DNA of 18,861 bases from Clostridia bacterium (GTDB lineage: Bacteria > Bacillota > Clostridia > HGM11514): assembly GCA_045586685.1 (NCBI GenBank), contig JAZNAU010000004.1:1-18861 (forward strand). The letters run 5' to 3'. The translations under genes were made by a program, and so were the position numbers. Shown here piece by piece: positions 16,313 through 18,861 of this stretch. The notes beneath the pieces are model-generated. The model saw only the letters and a program-made list of their open reading frames with translations. It made no database searches and was not told where the DNA came from. The first letter of the stretch is position 1. Each line of letters opens with the position of its first letter.

Positions 16313-18475
16313 TTATTTTGTTACTGAAAAAAATGTTTTGCTTCGGTATTTATGATCAAAAATGCAATTATATTGTAATGCTTCGTACAATTCTAACCAC
16401 TCAAGCTCCTCTTTGTTCGCTTCCTCAAAGGGCATATAACATCCATTGATAAGCGAGTAAAATCCTATTGCATTTATGGAAGGTATTTTCTTCTCCATCT
16501 CCTGCAAAAATCGGTTGTATGGCGGTAAAGTGATTCCTGCCGCTTGATATACATATGACGACAGATAATTTAAGCTGGTACAGTCTACATATGCTTCTTC
16601 AATATCATAATTTGCCCAAATAAAGAACGGAACCTTGTAGCGTTTCTGTTTCTCATCCAATGTTGCCGCTGTTGTTCCACCCATAGTCTGATAAAATGAT
16701 TCCCTTAGTTTGGGTTGATGATCGCCAAAGAACACAATTACTACATTATCATCTATATTTTGAAAATAGGAAAGCAAATATTCTACCGCTTTGTCTGTTT
16801 CATGAACCAGAGAAAGATACTGTTCCACATCCGGATATTTATCACCATATTGATTGAGCGAAATGGTTTTGGTGTAGTTTTTGCCGGTGTAGTTATAACT
16901 GCCATGATTTTGCATAGTTACGCCAAATAGAAACAATGGATTTTCTTTTTTTGTTTCATAAGTTTCAATCAAGAATCTAAACATTTCTTTGTCACTAACA
17001 TATTCTCGGACAAAATTTTCCTGTGGAAAATCTTCAACAAAATAACATTCATCAAACCCTAAATGTTCGTATGCAGTGGGACGATTCCATCCTTCTGCTT
17101 GAAATGGATGCATGGCCACACATGTATAGTTGTGCGATGACTTAAGATACGACGCCATAGAGTAGGTTGACGATCGAATATATTGTTGGTAAGGAACAAC
17201 ATTTGGAGCCAACCATGCCATTGAGTTTCCTGTGAGAAATTCATATTCGGAATTCGCTGTATTCCCACCATAGACAGATGTTAAAGCATATCCGGAAATG
17301 GTATTCTCTTTCAGAGAAGAGATAAACGGAATGTCCTCCATATTGGTTGAAAATTTGCCAACAACACCTAGATCAGAAAACGCCTCATCCATAATGACAA
17401 TGATATGTGGCTGTTCTGAACGTTTGGATTTAGTATGGTAATCATCTCCCTCATATCGATCAGCCAGTTTAGAAATCTGTTCTACACTATATTGATCGGG
17501 TTCGGATACAGAGATTTCCTTAAACTTGGACACAAAATCCAAAATATACCCATTAAAAAGCGCACCGTCATTATGCCAATGGTATGTTTTAAGAGTGGAA
17601 GCATAAAAGAAAATCGCAACAGAGCTGATAATACAGAGAGGGAACAACCCCAATCGTCCTTTGACAGATAGTTTTAATTTGACTTTACCGTTTATACGAC
17701 AGACCACTGTCAACATAGCAATAAAAACACCCCAACCCACGATCATGCTAAAGGGCAACGGAAAGAAACTGTAATTCTCCGCTACATTCATAGCGGTACT
17801 AGCAGAAAAAATATCTACAGGCTCAAACAAACGTCCTCGAAACTTATACACATACACATTTATAGTGGAAATAATCATAAATATAGCTGTTCCGATAAAA
17901 ATAGAGGGTACAATTCGTCCAAGCAAACAGTATAAAAACAAAATGACTACCAGTACAATCAGTACACCAAAAAAGAACTTTAAACTTCCCATAGAGAAGG
18001 CTTCGACCCCAGCCATAATATTGGCCAACATTACCATAATAACAGAAGCAATGAGGCTAGATAGTAAACATTTTAAAAATATATTTTTCGGGTTAATATC
18101 AAATAATTTTTTTGCTATAATCTGCAGTAAAACATCGAAAAAATAAATGGACAAGACCGAGATTATTATCGTGCAAATAAGAAGTATTGTTTCAAACGAC
18201 GTATGAAGCATCGTTGCTATGGCCTGTATTTTAGAAGAAAGACTCCAATGATCATAAAAACAGACTCCTAAATATGCAACAACAAGCACGATAATTGACA
18301 TACGAAAATATTGTATATTTTTCCAGAAAGGGACTTTGTGAACTCCCCTATAAACAATCAAACCTATACCAACGGCAAGCATCAAAGCTGTTAAAATAAC
18401 ACCGGTAATGGTTGGCGGCATCATCAAAACTAACAACGCCCCGCAAGAAATTATAATGAATAATAAATGAATGAT
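16313..18475 (-). CDS. LTA synthase family (LtaS-like phosphoglycerol transferase, sulfatase fold) membrane protein
   Basis: Multi-TM N-terminus, then IIVIMDEAF, GGNTANSEYE (catalytic Thr), MHP, TMQNH and FFGDHQP. The track start is the TTG at 18436, but the frame is open to ATC 18475 behind AAGGAGG. Confidence 0.88.
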   Translation of the reverse strand: MIHLLFIIISCGALLVLMMPPTITGVILTALMLAVGIGLIVYRGVHKVPFWKNIQYFRMSIIVLVVAYLGVCFYDHWSLSSKIQAIATMLHTSFETILLICTIIISVLSIYFFDVLLQIIAKKLFDINPKNIFLKCLLSSLIASVIMVMLANIMAGVEAFSMGSLKFFFGVLIVLVVILFLYCLLGRIVPSIFIGTAIFMIISTINVYVYKFRGRLFEPVDIFSASTAMNVAENYSFFPLPFSMIVGWGVFIAMLTVVCRINGKVKLKLSVKGRLGLFPLCIISSVAIFFYASTLKTYHWHNDGALFNGYILDFVSKFKEISVSEPDQYSVEQISKLADRYEGDDYHTKSKRSEQPHIIVIMDEAFSDLGVVGKFSTNMEDIPFISSLKENTISGYALTSVYGGNTANSEYEFLTGNSMAWLAPNVVPYQQYIRSSTYSMASYLKSSHNYTCVAMHPFQAEGWNRPTAYEHLGFDECYFVEDFPQENFVREYVSDKEMFRFLIETYETKKENPLFLFGVTMQNHGSYNYTGKNYTKTISLNQYGDKYPDVEQYLSLVHETDKAVEYLLSYFQNIDDNVVIVFFGDHQPKLRESFYQTMGGTTAATLDEKQKRYKVPFFIWANYDIEEAYVDCTSLNYLSSYVYQAAGITLPPYNRFLQEMEKKIPSINAIGFYSLINGCYMPFEEANKEELEWLELYEALQYNCIFDHKYRSKTFFSVTK

Positions 18476-18591
18476 GGGAAGCCCTCCTTTTTTGCTTTTT
18501 CCTTGCCTGTGAATTTACCAAAAATTTTTTTAAATTCCTTTGTAGGACAAGGGGCCGTTTCTGTTGATTTAAGAGAAAATTTTCCTTTTTT

Positions 18592-18621
18592 ATTATATCA
18601 TATTACCTTTACGATTGTCAA
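18592..18621 (-). promoter_or_regulatory. sigma-A promoter of the LTA synthase gene
   Basis: TTGACA (18616-18621), 18 nt, TATAAT (18592-18597), extended TG. Confidence 0.8.
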
Positions 18622-18651
18622 TTATTGTCGTTCAATCCACCTTAAGTTACA

Positions 18652-18682
18652 AAAAAGAGTTGTCATTTTGACAACTCTTTTT
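18652..18682. terminator. Terminator hairpin, duplicated copy
   Basis: Perfect 14-bp inverted repeat AAAAAGAGTTGTCA-TTT-TGACAACTCTTTTT. Confidence 0.85.
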
Positions 18683-18789
18683 AAAATGTTCCGGCAACTA
18701 CTCTAATCAATTTTCGTCAGAAAACTGGTTGTTTCCGGTCGGACCGCCTTGCAAAAGTTCGTGTCTAAATTCTTTTTCATGTCGTACAA

Positions 18790-18820
18790 AAAAAGAGTTG
18801 TCATTTTGACAACTCTTTTT
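18790..18820. terminator. Terminator immediately after the 5S rRNA
   Basis: The same perfect 14-bp inverted repeat, starting about 7 nt after the 5S 3' end. Confidence 0.85.
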
Positions 18821-18827
18821 AAAATGT

Positions 18828-18861
18828 TCCGGCAACTACTTACTTTCCCGGGCGGTCTCCC
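18828..18861 (-). rRNA. rrf: 5S rRNA, 3' end (partial, runs off the window)
   Basis: Minus strand GGGAGACCGCCCGGGAAAGTAAGTAGTTGCCGGA resembles the helix IV / loop E / helix I 3' end of Firmicute 5S rRNA, and a terminator follows. Only 34 nt are visible. Confidence 0.8.

Larger units (their letters stand above)
18648..18840. repeat. Direct repeat of 55/56 bp (18648-18702 and 18785-18840) containing the 5S rRNA 3' end and terminator
   Basis: TACAAAAAA(A)GAGTTGTCATTTTGACAACTCTTTTTAAAATGTTCCGGCAACTACT occurs twice, differing only by one A, with an 82-bp spacer. Confidence 0.95.

Noticed and set aside
18467-18706. 79-aa + strand ORF
   Set aside because: Crosses the promoter, leader and terminator repeat; no RBS.
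18648-18840. Possible CRISPR array (palindromic repeat plus spacer)
   Set aside because: Only two units; the 55-bp repeat and 82-bp spacer are atypical, the repeat is explained as 5S end plus terminator, and there are no cas genes.

Overview
Core chromosomal region of a low-GC Firmicute, probably Clostridia (SLH protein, T-box, cmk-plsC-ispH/rpsA fusion). Almost everything lies on the minus strand, downstream of the 3' end of a 5S rRNA gene at the right edge. In transcription order: 5S rRNA end with a duplicated terminator block, LTA-synthase-family gene, IT-family anion permease, prsA foldase, DUF2161 PD-(D/E)XK protein, a decayed copper-amine-oxidase-N ('stalk') remnant, cimA (the only + strand gene), a small membrane-anchored protein, cmk-plsC-ispH/rpsA, a membrane protein plus SLH protein, a MarR plus heterodimeric ABC exporter operon, and a Leu-specifier T-box leader running off the left edge. 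I found no CRISPR array, integrase or transposase, and no clearly new multi-gene system. The best leads are small. (1) An unannotated 28-aa hydrophobic ORF whose RBS is buried in a hairpin and which lies antisense to the cimA 3' UTR, a type I toxin-like layout. (2) A 55-bp duplication of the 5S 3' end plus terminator around an 82-bp insert. (3) A probable ATC/ATT start codon for the LTA synthase gene. (4) An internal RBS/ATG inside the IspH-S1 fusion. All calls were made by eye, with no searches run.
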